From Thermoproteota archaeon (lineage in GTDB: Archaea; Korarchaeota; Korarchaeia; Korarchaeales; JAOZGB01), in the NCBI GenBank assembly GCA_037917685.1, contig JAVCBU010000005.1, forward strand, positions 1 through 54,752: a stretch of 54,752 nucleotides of DNA. Reading direction: 5' to 3'. Positions 9,360 to 20,000 of the stretch are shown in pieces. Position numbers and translations under genes: made by a program. The notes beneath the pieces were generated by a model that was not told where the DNA came from, ran no database searches, and saw nothing but the letters and a program-made list of their open reading frames with translations. Within the stretch, counting starts at the first letter, position 1. Each line of letters begins with the position of its first letter.

Positions 9360-10445
9360 ATGAGGGATAGGATTAAGAAGATAGTGGATGTGATTAATAG
9401 TCTAAACCTTGACGGCATCCTACTGGCGAATCTCGGGTACCCTTCGATCGACCATAACTTCATTTACACCGTTCAGCCTAGAATCGGTATTTTTGAGGGT
9501 GCAGCCCTCCTTATTACTCCTGAGGCTGCCATGCTCTATGTCAGCAGGCTTGAGGAGTCTGCTGCGAGGGCGTTGGAGGCTGCTAGGAAGGGCGAGCTTG
9601 AGATCATACCAGTTGATAATCCCAGACAGATATACAGGGATCTGAAGAGGTTTAGGAGGATAGGGATAAACATGAGTTTCACCCCTCACACCTCATACAT
9701 GAAGCTTGCAGAACTCGGCCTCTCAATAGTAGATGTTTCGGAGGAGCTGGAAGCGATAAGGATGATGAAGGACGAGGATGAGATTGAGCTTATAAGGAAG
9801 GCTTCAAGGATAGCTGAGAAAGCGCTTAAAGAGACTATGACACTTGATGTGAGGGGGATGAGCGAGTCTGAGCTTAAGGCCGAGCTCGAGTATAGGATGG
9901 TGAAGTATGGGGGTGAAATAGCCTTCCCAACAATAGTGGCCTACGACGAGAACGCTGCATTTCCCCATTACACGACGGGAGCGAACAATAAGCATCCTGA
10001 GAAACTAATCCTTATAGATTTGGGCGTGAAGTACCGGAACTACGTTTGTGACATAACCAGAACCTTTATCTTAAGCTGGGATGAGGAGCTTGTAAAGGCA
10101 TACAATGCTGTCTTATCCTCTCAGTTGAGGGCTATCGAGAAGATAAAGGCTGGGGTGAAGGCTGAGGAGCCTGACATTGAGGCTAGGAATGTGATCAGGA
10201 GCAAAGGATACCCCGAGTACCCCCACTCACTTGGCCACATGATAGGTGTAAACGTGCATGAGGGGAGGAGGCTTAGGAAGGGTCAAAAATACGAGCTTAG
10301 GGAGAACATGGTTTTCACAGTTGAGCCGGGAATATACCTTGAGGGTAGGTTTGGGATAAGAATAGAGGACGACGTTGTAGTTAGGAGAATGGGAGCAGAG
10401 ATAATAACATCCTTCCCTAAGGAACCTGAAAAGATAAGGATATAG
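9360..10445 (+). CDS. pepQ: Xaa-Pro peptidase (M24B)
   Basis: IRMMKDEDE, PHY, LIDLG, CDITRT, HSLGHMIGVNVHE, TVEPGIY, IRIEDD. Confidence 0.92.
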   Translation: MRDRIKKIVDVINSLNLDGILLANLGYPSIDHNFIYTVQPRIGIFEGAALLITPEAAMLYVSRLEESAARALEAARKGELEIIPVDNPRQIYRDLKRFRRIGINMSFTPHTSYMKLAELGLSIVDVSEELEAIRMMKDEDEIELIRKASRIAEKALKETMTLDVRGMSESELKAELEYRMVKYGGEIAFPTIVAYDENAAFPHYTTGANNKHPEKLILIDLGVKYRNYVCDITRTFILSWDEELVKAYNAVLSSQLRAIEKIKAGVKAEEPDIEARNVIRSKGYPEYPHSLGHMIGVNVHEGRRLRKGQKYELRENMVFTVEPGIYLEGRFGIRIEDDVVVRRMGAEIITSFPKEPEKIRI

Positions 10446-10446
10446 C

Positions 10447-10701
10447 GTGGAACCCTACCCTCCGGGGAGTGGAGCAGCCGTGCCCAGGGAGCTAAGCATC
10501 CGTGAGGTTAAACTCCGGCTTAGAATCTTAAGGAGAAGAATCAGGACGTATGAGAGTAAGTATGGGTTAATCAGCGGAGAGTTTGAGAGGCTTTTCTCAA
10601 CCAGGAGGCTATGGAATTCCAGAGATTTCGAAGAATGGAGGAGGTGTCTTATCGAAAGAGATAGGCTTTTGAAAATCCTGAAAACGCTTTCCAGACGGTA
10701 G
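10447..10701 (+). CDS. Small hypothetical protein (antitoxin-like helical family)
   Basis: 84 aa; LRRRIRTYESKYG..S.EF...DFEEW pattern. Confidence 0.5.
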   Translation: MEPYPPGSGAAVPRELSIREVKLRLRILRRRIRTYESKYGLISGEFERLFSTRRLWNSRDFEEWRRCLIERDRLLKILKTLSRR

Positions 10702-10736
10702 AAGGTGCTGCAGTTTTAATCCCAACGTTTTCGGTT

Positions 10737-11738
10737 TTAGAATGGTTTGGGTTTGCCTTCTGACATGATTTCCGCTGTGGATCCGTCGCTAAAGGTTACT
10801 GTAACCGTGGGTTTGTCTACGAGGAAGTCTATGTGGCTCTTTGAAGAGTTTCTCCCACCTGGGAAGTCCATGTTGTTGCCGAAGGCTATGTGGATTGTTC
10901 CATAGGCCTTCTCGCTTTCCAGGAACTCTTCTACGATTCTAGCCCTCCTATTAAGCCCTAACGCGAACTCCCCTGCGATCGAAGCCTGCCTGTCGGTTTC
11001 TAACACCTTTTCAACGACCCTTCCCTTCTCTTTGTCCTCATATTTCACTTCTCTGACCCTCCCATTCCTAACCGTGAGCCTTATGCCTCCCTCTACCAGG
11101 CCTACTCCTCCCGCTGCGATTGCATGTATTGCCCCGTTCATGCTGTTCTCCACTGGGGCTACCATAACCTCCCCGACGGGCAGGTTGATCCACTTGAGCG
11201 TTCTCCAGTCGAGCATAACATCTGTGAAGAACTCTCTGTCCCTAACTGAGAAGGAGGCGTCTGTGCCCTCCGGGGATGTGACTCTAACCTGGGTGACGTC
11301 TTGGAGTATGGCTATGAATTCCTGGGCTAGGGACTTCATCTCCTCGTATTCTCTTTGGGATAGTGCGAGTGCTCCTTTGGTTAGCATGTCCATTGTCACC
11401 CCTGGGCAGTGGGCAAGCCTTACTCTACGTCTGGTCTCGAGTTTTATCAGCTTTATTCTGAACTCAACCTCCTCTGCGGGGCCTCTTAGAAGGTTGAGGT
11501 ACATGTCGGGCTTTCCGCTGATGACGGCCTCCACCAGAGAGCCCGGTACTTCCCTTCTAAACCCTTCAGGCTTTTCTAGCTGGATGAGCCTCGTCCAGAG
11601 GCCTAGCTTCAAAGCTGCCTTGGAATATGCCTCTGCAACTCCCTTCTTTTCATAGTCTGAGATTATAAGGATGCTTTCGCCTGGGACGGCCTCCAATACA
11701 TATTTCAAACTGTTCACTGCAGACTCTACTGGTTCCAT
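10737..11738 (-). CDS. Aminopeptidase, thermophilic metalloprotease (M29-like)
   Basis: NLPVGEV, AGEFALGLN, ESEKAYGTIHIAFGNN, SHIDF. Confidence 0.88.
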   Translation of the reverse strand: MEPVESAVNSLKYVLEAVPGESILIISDYEKKGVAEAYSKAALKLGLWTRLIQLEKPEGFRREVPGSLVEAVISGKPDMYLNLLRGPAEEVEFRIKLIKLETRRRVRLAHCPGVTMDMLTKGALALSQREYEEMKSLAQEFIAILQDVTQVRVTSPEGTDASFSVRDREFFTDVMLDWRTLKWINLPVGEVMVAPVENSMNGAIHAIAAGGVGLVEGGIRLTVRNGRVREVKYEDKEKGRVVEKVLETDRQASIAGEFALGLNRRARIVEEFLESEKAYGTIHIAFGNNMDFPGGRNSSKSHIDFLVDKPTVTVTFSDGSTAEIMSEGKPKPF

Positions 11739-11906
11739 CTCAGCGCTTGACACCCATGCTAACCATATAAACCTTAAGAGAATTTCACACCTCATCAGAG
11801 AACTTGACGTAGCTGCCTGGATAGAATCATTTTAAAGATCTCGGATTTGTATTATGGTTGTTTTAATAATGGTTTAACGTTCACCGGGTCTAAAGGAGAA
11901 TCTTGT

Positions 11907-13126
11907 ATGAGTTTTCTGAGAGCTGCTCGGAAGGTTTTGTCCAGGCCAAATATAAGGATTATCCTTCTGTCATGGTTCTCTATAACCCTGGTTAGTCAGG
12001 CTTTCATCCAGTTCGCCCCCGACTATATGAGGAGGCTTGGGGGAACCCCCGAGCTTATAGGTCTTCTTAACTCAGCAGTATCCCTTGTTACATTCTTTGT
12101 TGTCATCCCGGCGGGCTACATGGCGGATAAGACTGGTAGGAAAAGCCTTATAGTATGGGGCCTCCTTTTCTCAGCGATTCCATCTCTGATAAACGCCTCC
12201 GCATGGTGTTGGCAGGTGTATTTCATAGGTGCAGTCCTCATGGCTGCAGTCCAACAGTTCTTTTTCCCAGCGATGTACGCGATGTTCCAAGACTCCACCC
12301 CTGAGGACTTGAGAGCTCTATCATTCTCATTCCTCGAGATAGCCACGTGGTGTATCCCTGCAACTATAGGCTTCCTCCTTGGAGGCTACTGGTATGAAAA
12401 GCTAGACATATTAGCTCTTAGAACATTCCTGATTGCAAGCTCACTCGTCTACATCTCAGCTTCACTCGTCTCCTTGAAGCTTAGGGAAACCCTGCATGCT
12501 GCCTCTTTTAACATTAAGGCCATGGTTAAGATGTTCTTTTCAGCTTTCAAAAAGCTTAGGGAGAACATTGAAATAGTTGCAAACATGATGGTTGGGCTAC
12601 TATTGATAGTTGACCTTCTTATAGGGTTGCACATCGGTTTTACAGGAGGTTTCTGGCTTATCTACACCCTTGACGTGATAGGTGTATCGAGATACCAGTG
12701 GAGTGTGCTCGAAGCCTCTTGGAACCTCCTTTACACAGCTCTATCCCCACTTACGGCAGCCGCCTCCGACAAGATGGGAAGGCTTAAGCTCATGCTTATC
12801 TCCCCACCAGCCCTCATGGTTCTACATGTCATGTTCATCTTGTGCAGGGGTTTCAGGGAGGTGCTTCTCATATGGGTTTTATGGGCTATACCGGATGCGT
12901 TCTGGTACTCCCTCTTTGAAGCCACGTGGACGGACGCAGTACAGTCTAAGATGGGGGGAGAGCATTAACTTTAAGGGTTACGGTTAGGAGTATAGCCCAG
13001 ACATGCTCGGCCGCAGCCTCAGGATTCATGTATTCAGCTAACCCGGCCCTACCATTCATTGCCGGCATGTCTGTGTGGGCTTGCATCTTAATCATACTTC
13101 TAAAGCTGAGATCTATCTCTCCCTGA
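11907..13126 (+). CDS. MFS transporter, frameshifted at G-run 12953-12958
   Basis: GYMADKTGRK and SDKMGRLK MFS motifs; adding one base continues RALTLRVTVRSIAQTCSAAASGFMYSANPALPFIAGMSVWACILIILLKLRSISP*, supplying the last two TM helices. Confidence 0.85.
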
Positions 13127-14492
13127 TCCTCGCGTAGGTGTATAGTGCCCACATCGCCTTTACGGCTCTCTCAGGGGTTGGATATGTTGGAACCCCCTGG
13201 CTTTCCAGGTCGATCGCCATGGATTCAGCCACCTTTCCACCCCACAAGCAGCATATCACAGGCTTGTCAGCATCCCGGGCGTAATCCGCCACAACGTCGG
13301 CCATTTTTAAGGTAAGTCTTGGGGGCTGGAAGAGTACGTTCACTATGATTCCATCTATCAGGTCTATGCTTCCAGCCACCTCCAGGGCTAAACTATACCA
13401 CTCGTCTGTTACACTACCAGTGAGATCTACAGGGTTATGCACACTAGCGTAGGATGGAAGGTACTTTCTTAACTCCTGCTTTACATCATCAGGGAGCTCG
13501 GGAACCTTGAGCCCGCTCATCTCGCAAGCATCAACTGTCATAACGCCTGCTCCACCTCCATCCGTTATCACCAGTACCTTGTTACCTTTCGGCAACGGCT
13601 GCATTGACAGCGCCTTAGCCATGTCGAACATCTCCTGGAAATTGGTGGCCCTGATCACGCCCGCCTGCCTGAAAGCCGAATCAAAGATCCTGTCAGACCC
13701 AGCCATGCTTCCAGTATGGGAGAGGACTGCTGAAACTCCCCTGCTTGTTCTTCCAGCTTTAATGGCAATTATGGGTTTTACCCTCGTGGTCTTATAAGCC
13801 TCCTCAATAAACCTCCTCCCGCCTTTTGCCGTTTCAATATACATGGTTATAACTCCTGTCCTATCGTCCTCCCTCAGGTAGGCGATGAGATCCGTCTCAT
13901 CCACATCGCTTGCATTACCATAGCTTATGCACCTGCTCATCCCCAGGCCTAGAAAGGTAAGCTGATCCATAACCGCAGCTGCGAAGGCCCCCGACTGTGA
14001 TATGAAGGATATGCTGCCCTTCTTAGGCCTCCCACACCTGATCGTCGGCAGGAAAAATGTGTCCAATCCGGTATTAGTGTCATATATACCCATGCAGTTT
14101 GGCCCTATAACTCTTACACCGTGGCTCCTAGCCTCCTCGACAAGCATTTCTTCAAGCTTCACTCCTTCCCCACCGATCTCTCTAAACCCTCCGCTAATTA
14201 CAATTGCAACTTTAACCCCTTTACGTCCGCATTCCGATACAATAGGTGTTACAATTTTAGCTGGAACAGCTATTACAGCTACATCTACTTCCCCTTCTAC
14301 ATCTTCGATCCTAGGGTAACATTTTAAGCCGAGGATCTCCTTGTACTTTGGATTAACAGGGTATATTTTACCCTGGAACCTGTCTACCAAATTTTTAACT
14401 ATGACGTAGCCGATGCTCCCTCTCTTCGCAGATGCACCTATAACTGCAACCGATTTAGCCCTAAAGACAGCCTCTAACCCCATGTTCTCCAC
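13113..14492 (-). CDS. acdA: ADP-forming acetyl/acyl-CoA synthetase alpha subunit
   Basis: SVAVIGAS, GPNCMG, ISQSGA, SHTGS phospho-His, NPVDLTG. Confidence 0.93.
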   Translation of the reverse strand: MENMGLEAVFRAKSVAVIGASAKRGSIGYVIVKNLVDRFQGKIYPVNPKYKEILGLKCYPRIEDVEGEVDVAVIAVPAKIVTPIVSECGRKGVKVAIVISGGFREIGGEGVKLEEMLVEEARSHGVRVIGPNCMGIYDTNTGLDTFFLPTIRCGRPKKGSISFISQSGAFAAAVMDQLTFLGLGMSRCISYGNASDVDETDLIAYLREDDRTGVITMYIETAKGGRRFIEEAYKTTRVKPIIAIKAGRTSRGVSAVLSHTGSMAGSDRIFDSAFRQAGVIRATNFQEMFDMAKALSMQPLPKGNKVLVITDGGGAGVMTVDACEMSGLKVPELPDDVKQELRKYLPSYASVHNPVDLTGSVTDEWYSLALEVAGSIDLIDGIIVNVLFQPPRLTLKMADVVADYARDADKPVICCLWGGKVAESMAIDLESQGVPTYPTPERAVKAMWALYTYARIRER

Positions 14493-14845
14493 CCATCAGG
14501 CAGTGGTACTTCTACTTCCCATGGGATTAGTTAAAAGTTCTAGCTATTTGATTAACGAGCTGCACAGCCAGCGATAGCTAAAAGCGGCTTGGCAGGTTGA
14601 AATCTTACTTTAAGACTCGTAAAATAGGAGATTAGACTATAAAACCATACCTACCGGTCTATTTTACGGTTCCAACAGGTTTCACAGGCCCGCTCCCCCT
14701 ATACACCGGAGGCTACAGTATAGCGATAAGTGTCACACCGGTTAGAAGCCTATTTCAGCAACTCCACATTCAATCCTGATTAGCCAGCAGACCTGCCGCA
14801 TCTAAGGCTAAGCTTCACGTGGCGTGAATTCTCGGCTTCATCTAA

Positions 14846-15553
14846 CTATCTGATGAGGAACCATATGGCTAGTGCAGATGCAAGTGGAACCGTGAAGTTG
14901 TCAAAAGGCCTCATGGCCCCAACTGTCACAGCCTCCACAAGTGTGCCCACCAAAGAGCCAACGATGCATGCAACCAGGCCGTCTACGGGTGGTATCTGAA
15001 CTCCGAAGGCTATACAGGCTGCAAGCGAAAGCAGGGAGCCGGCTAGGGAGAACAGCAGCATTCCAAGGCTTCCCTCAAGGGACTTGTCCCCCCATGGGAA
15101 CACGTGTCTTTTCCTGAACCTTTTGGCTACGAGAGTTGCAGCTCCATCGCCCCATGCCATAATGAAGGTTGCCGCCATAGCAGGCAGCTTCCACTCCCAG
15201 AACGCTAGGACAAGTATTAGGATAGATATTATGTAGTATACTGGGCCGTATGCGTGGACGGCAGCATCTCCAGGTTCTATCATAGCCGTTGTGATGGGGC
15301 TCTTCTTTAGGAAGGTGAAGGCTAATGCTACCACAAGCCCCAGCCCTATGGGGATCAAAGCAGGCCATATTGGCGATGAGAACATGGGTAGTATGATGAT
15401 GGCGTCGCCAGCGAGGAAGTGTATCATCTTCCTTGTTATGCCTGGATGCTTGCCTCTCCTCCTTATTAGCTCTCCAACCCCTATAGTACATAGTACATAA
15501 ATGTAGACTGCTAGGAGGATGGCAAGGTCTTTTAAACTGACGCCTAGGAGCAT
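14846..15553 (-). CDS. Phytol/dolichol (polyprenol) kinase family membrane protein
   Basis: TRKMIH, WGDGAA, KSLEGS, DNFTVP motifs. Confidence 0.88.
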   Translation of the reverse strand: MLLGVSLKDLAILLAVYIYVLCTIGVGELIRRRGKHPGITRKMIHFLAGDAIIILPMFSSPIWPALIPIGLGLVVALAFTFLKKSPITTAMIEPGDAAVHAYGPVYYIISILILVLAFWEWKLPAMAATFIMAWGDGAATLVAKRFRKRHVFPWGDKSLEGSLGMLLFSLAGSLLSLAACIAFGVQIPPVDGLVACIVGSLVGTLVEAVTVGAMRPFDNFTVPLASALAIWFLIR

Positions 15554-15606
15554 ATCACTCTACAGCTTGCTACCATTATAAAATATGTGCGTTGTATCTA
15601 CCTTAA

Positions 15607-17091
15607 ATGTCAAAAACTTTAGCATTAATCGAAGTGTTGATGCTGGCTACCCTTCAAGGTAGCTATGTAGACTTTATAGTCTGGAACGTGGACGCTGGCA
15701 GGATAATGTCTCACATAGAATTTCTTGCTTCGGACGCGTGTCAGGGGAGAATGTCAGGCTCTGTAGGGGAATACATAGCCGCCGAGTACATTGTGGAGAG
15801 GTTTAGGGAGTTAGACCTTAAACCACTAACGGAAGCTGGGTTTAAAGACTACTATCAGAAGTTTATGGTGGAGAATGCGACGATCCCATATCTAAAGCTG
15901 GGAGACAGGTACATACTGGTTGAACAGGTCGATGGATCGCCAGCGTACAACGTCAGCGGCCCACTGGTCTACCTCGGCTATGGCGTGAAAAAGCAGGGCT
16001 ACGACCCGTATACAGGTCTAAACATTAAAGGGTACATAGCGTTGATTGTTGAGGGAGCTCCCGGAAATGCGAGTGTGACCGTAGAGCTTAAGGTTCAGGA
16101 AGCTTACAGCCATGGAGCTGTGGCAGCCATAATAGTTAATGCTTCCAAGCAACACCCCTACTACAAGTACTCTAGCTCTGGTCTTCCAATCCCAGCTGTG
16201 ACAGCTGGTAGTAATCTGTTGGAAGCTTTAAACCTAAGCCTGGATCTTAAGCCCCCGGTATATCTCAACCTATCAGGCGGTTCATCCTTGCTTTTCACCC
16301 AGGCTTATGCAAGGAACATTATTGGTGTGATAAGGGGGGTTATCAGTCCTGACAGGTACGTGGTGGTTTCAGCCCATTACGATCATCTGGGCATAGTAGG
16401 GGAGAACCTCTTCTACTATGGTGCTAATGACGACGCCTCCGGGGTTGCATGTATACTTGAAATGGCCAGGGTTTTTAGGGAGATGTCTTGGCCTAACCTA
16501 TCAATAATATTTGCACTTTACTCTGGAGAGGAGCTTGGACTCGCCGGCAGCAGGCTGTTTGTCAACCTTCTATCTAGTAAGGGTTTGATAGGTAGGGTGG
16601 TTGCTAACGTGCAGCTTGACATGGTTGGGATGGGGAGCAACGGCTACATTCAGGTTTTCCGTGCTAGGGTTTCCACGGATGCCTTGAAGAAGACGATGGA
16701 CAGGTTTGTGAGGGGTGTTGAGGAGCTCGGCCCGCAGTTGAACATTAAGGTTCTCGACATGGGTGTAAGTGGCGCCTCTGACCACCAGTTCTTCGGGTCG
16801 GCAGGTGTGCCTGCCATCATGTTAATGAGCGGGAAAGGCTTTGAGGAGCATACAACCTATCACACTCCCTCGGATACTCCGGAGCACATAAACGTTGAGG
16901 TTTTAAGAGAGGTCTGCGTTTTTGCATCTGTCCTTGTATGGAGGCTTGCAGGTGAAGGGTCAGCATTCATGGTTTACAGGCCTAGAGCTGCTGGCCATGA
17001 GAAATCTATGCCTCTAATAGTCTACGTCGACGTGGCGGCGACCGCCATACTTGTACTACTATATGTGGCTGAAAGGAGGGTTGAGAGTTGA
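15607..17091 (+). CDS. Membrane-anchored M28 peptidase with PA domain
   Basis: Signal-like N-terminus, SAHYDH, GANDDASG, SGEELGL, LDMVG, SDH, YHTPSD, C-terminal TM. Confidence 0.92.
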   Translation: MSKTLALIEVLMLATLQGSYVDFIVWNVDAGRIMSHIEFLASDACQGRMSGSVGEYIAAEYIVERFRELDLKPLTEAGFKDYYQKFMVENATIPYLKLGDRYILVEQVDGSPAYNVSGPLVYLGYGVKKQGYDPYTGLNIKGYIALIVEGAPGNASVTVELKVQEAYSHGAVAAIIVNASKQHPYYKYSSSGLPIPAVTAGSNLLEALNLSLDLKPPVYLNLSGGSSLLFTQAYARNIIGVIRGVISPDRYVVVSAHYDHLGIVGENLFYYGANDDASGVACILEMARVFREMSWPNLSIIFALYSGEELGLAGSRLFVNLLSSKGLIGRVVANVQLDMVGMGSNGYIQVFRARVSTDALKKTMDRFVRGVEELGPQLNIKVLDMGVSGASDHQFFGSAGVPAIMLMSGKGFEEHTTYHTPSDTPEHINVEVLREVCVFASVLVWRLAGEGSAFMVYRPRAAGHEKSMPLIVYVDVAATAILVLLYVAERRVES

Positions 17092-20000
17092 GGCTAAACC
17101 CGCATATTCTGATACTTATCCTGCTGTTACCACCGCTACTGGCTGTTGAGGCTCAAGATCAGGCTGAGTACTGGGCTAGAACTGTAGCTTCATTTCAGCG
17201 TAGGGTTCCAGGGTCGGACAGCCTTGCTCAAGCTGCGAGTTTCATCGCCGGGGAGGCTAAGGCTCTAGGGCTGCGTGTTGAGAGGGATGCTTTCAGCCTG
17301 CCGGTGTGGGCTGGGCTTGAGGCTGAGCTTAGGGTTGAGGAGCCGGTTAGAATGGAGATTCCCTGTGTAGCCTATCCCTATTCCCCTTCAACAGATGGGT
17401 GGGTTAAGGGCAGCCTTTTGTTTGGTGCTTCTGGAGTCCAGCCTTCCAACTACAGTAATTCAATATTGCTTACTTCAAGCGGCGGAGTTGATGAAGGATT
17501 CGCGTGCGGGGTTTACGGATTTAAAGCCCTGATAATCGGGATGAACGGGAACGGCTGGGTTGAGCCTATCCCGAACATAAAGTCTATCCCGGCTGTAATC
17601 ATCAGGAATGAAGACTTTGAAATGTTGAAGAGCCTCGTCGTCAAGTATGGCCGTGTCAACGTCAGCGTCAAGGTGGAAACAGAAATCCGCTTGGGCACCG
17701 CTGAAAACATAATTGCATGGCTTAACAAGGACTCCGATGGGCCTGTTGCACTGCTTATATGTCATTATGACCAGCATCTATACTTTGATTCGCAGTCTGC
17801 TTCGGACTCCGCTGTTCCAGTCGCTGTTCTTCTGGACGTTGCGAGGAAACTTAGGGAGCTAAATGTTGAGACTCCGGTTGCATTTGTATTTACATCTGGC
17901 AGACTTGGGAATGATGGTGTTAGGATTTTCGTGTCTCGCCACTACGACGTTATCAGCAGGGTTTTCATGGCTGTAGAGGTGGATAACCTGGGCGTTGGTG
18001 AGCCTGTTCTTCAATCATACTACGATGCTAAGTCGGTGTGTGAGAGCTATCCCTACACCACGTGGCTTGTCTCGGAGCTTATATCATCGGCTAACATAGT
18101 AGACTACGAGCTCCACACAGTCTTTCCGTCTATAGCCGAGGAATTCCCGCAGATATCTTATCTGCTCTCCCTTAACGTTCCAGCTGTAATGATCTCCTCG
18201 AACAACTCGAAGGATGTGTCAGGATCCCTGTCGGACACTGCGGACACGGTGGAATATAGCCAGATTGGTATAGTTTCAGACATCCTATCTCTAGCCATTT
18301 ACCGGGCCTCCAAGGGTTTTTCAACCGAGCAGCCTGAAAACCTTCTCCGGGAGGGTAGAACGCATCCTCATCAGGTGTCAGGATTCGCTTATATGGATGG
18401 AAACCCGGTGCCGGGGGCCTTCATAGTTGTTAGAAGAATGTTCCCACCGCCCATAGTCTTCTACTATAATGTTACAGACCAGAATGGTTTCTACGAGGTT
18501 CAAGGGCTGCCATTCGGGCTTTACGAGGTTCTCTGCTTTACAGGGCCCATGCTCAGACATCTTTTAGATCAGGTGTTCATCCCTGAATGGGCTGGAAACA
18601 TTAAACTTGACGAAGAGATCATCTCAGTAAGCCTCAACCTGTCATTCAGGGAGGGTGGGCTTATAAAGATTGGGGGAGCTTATGATCCGCAGACATGGGA
18701 GCCTGAGCCCCCGCCTTTGAGAGTTGACGTTTATCATGGGAAGGGAGTCATCTACTCAACATCTATCTTCTCAAGGTTTAGAGTTTTTGGCCCTCAGCTC
18801 TCACCTGGACTAATCCCCTGTCCAGCGGGGGTTGATGCCAAGTTAAAGATCTACTTCAAGTCTTCAGCGTATCTCCTAACCAACGGGACAGGGTTTAATC
18901 TCAAGCCTGGCTCTGAAGTCTACATTCCGAGCATTCAAAGCTTTATCCTACGGGAGAGAGCGGAAAACCTGTCAATCAGGCTAGAGGCCTCCAGTAGCAT
19001 GGGGTATAATGTTAAGTACTTCATAGATCAGTTAAACATCTCCCTTGGCCACATAGTTAGAGCTGAAAAAGCAGCGCAGGCCGGGGAGCACTATATACAT
19101 ATTGCAGAGGCTCAGGAGGCTGCTAGGCTTCTAGATTACATAGAAGGCGAACTATCACAGATAATCTACGTGTCTGCAAGAAGCCTGGAATATTCTCTTC
19201 CGGTGATGAGCCTCATATCAGTGCTGCTTGCAGGCGTCCTGGAGACTAGGAGGAACCTTAAGATAATTCTCGCGAAGGCTTTACTGTTTAACATCCTTTT
19301 TTCAGGCTTAGTACTAGCTTTAAACCCTGCAGGCATGGCATTGACCTCGGGAGTCGTGGAAGGCTGGGAGTACATCATTCTAGAGGCTGCCGGGAGATCC
19401 TATCTCTCCTTCACCGTGGCATTTTTCCTGCTCTACGTTTACATGGGTGTGGCCCATGAGAGGCCTGGGGTGAAACTGAAATTCTTTTCAGCCTTAAACG
19501 CAATAGTTAGAACCTCCCTTGAATATGTACGGAAGGAAAGATGGAGATCTGTATCCCTTATTCTCGTCTTGATGCTTGTTACAGGCTCAGCCATATCATT
19601 TACAACCACGGAGCCTGCTGTAACGAGTATAACCCACAGCGCCGAGGTATCCTCAAGGTTCCAGGGGGTCTACGTGGTGCCGTCCGGAGACCCTCCGATT
19701 CCAAGGGAGTATTTAGATGTCATCTCGTCAATCCCCGGAGTAAAATCCATTCACAAGATCGGCCTAACACATCTCGCCTCTGACTGCATCTTCAGAATAG
19801 GAGATGCAGAGATATGGGGCGTAATAGCTGTCGATAACTGGTCGGCTACAGCCCTATCTATAAATGACACCCTGATCCAGGGCTCCTTCGAAGGAGTTGT
19901 TATCTCCTCGGAGCTAGCCAGAAATCTAAGCATCTCTGTTAACGAGACAATAAGAATCTCCAGTGTAGATGTGAGGGTCTCAGGGATCTTCAACGAGTCT

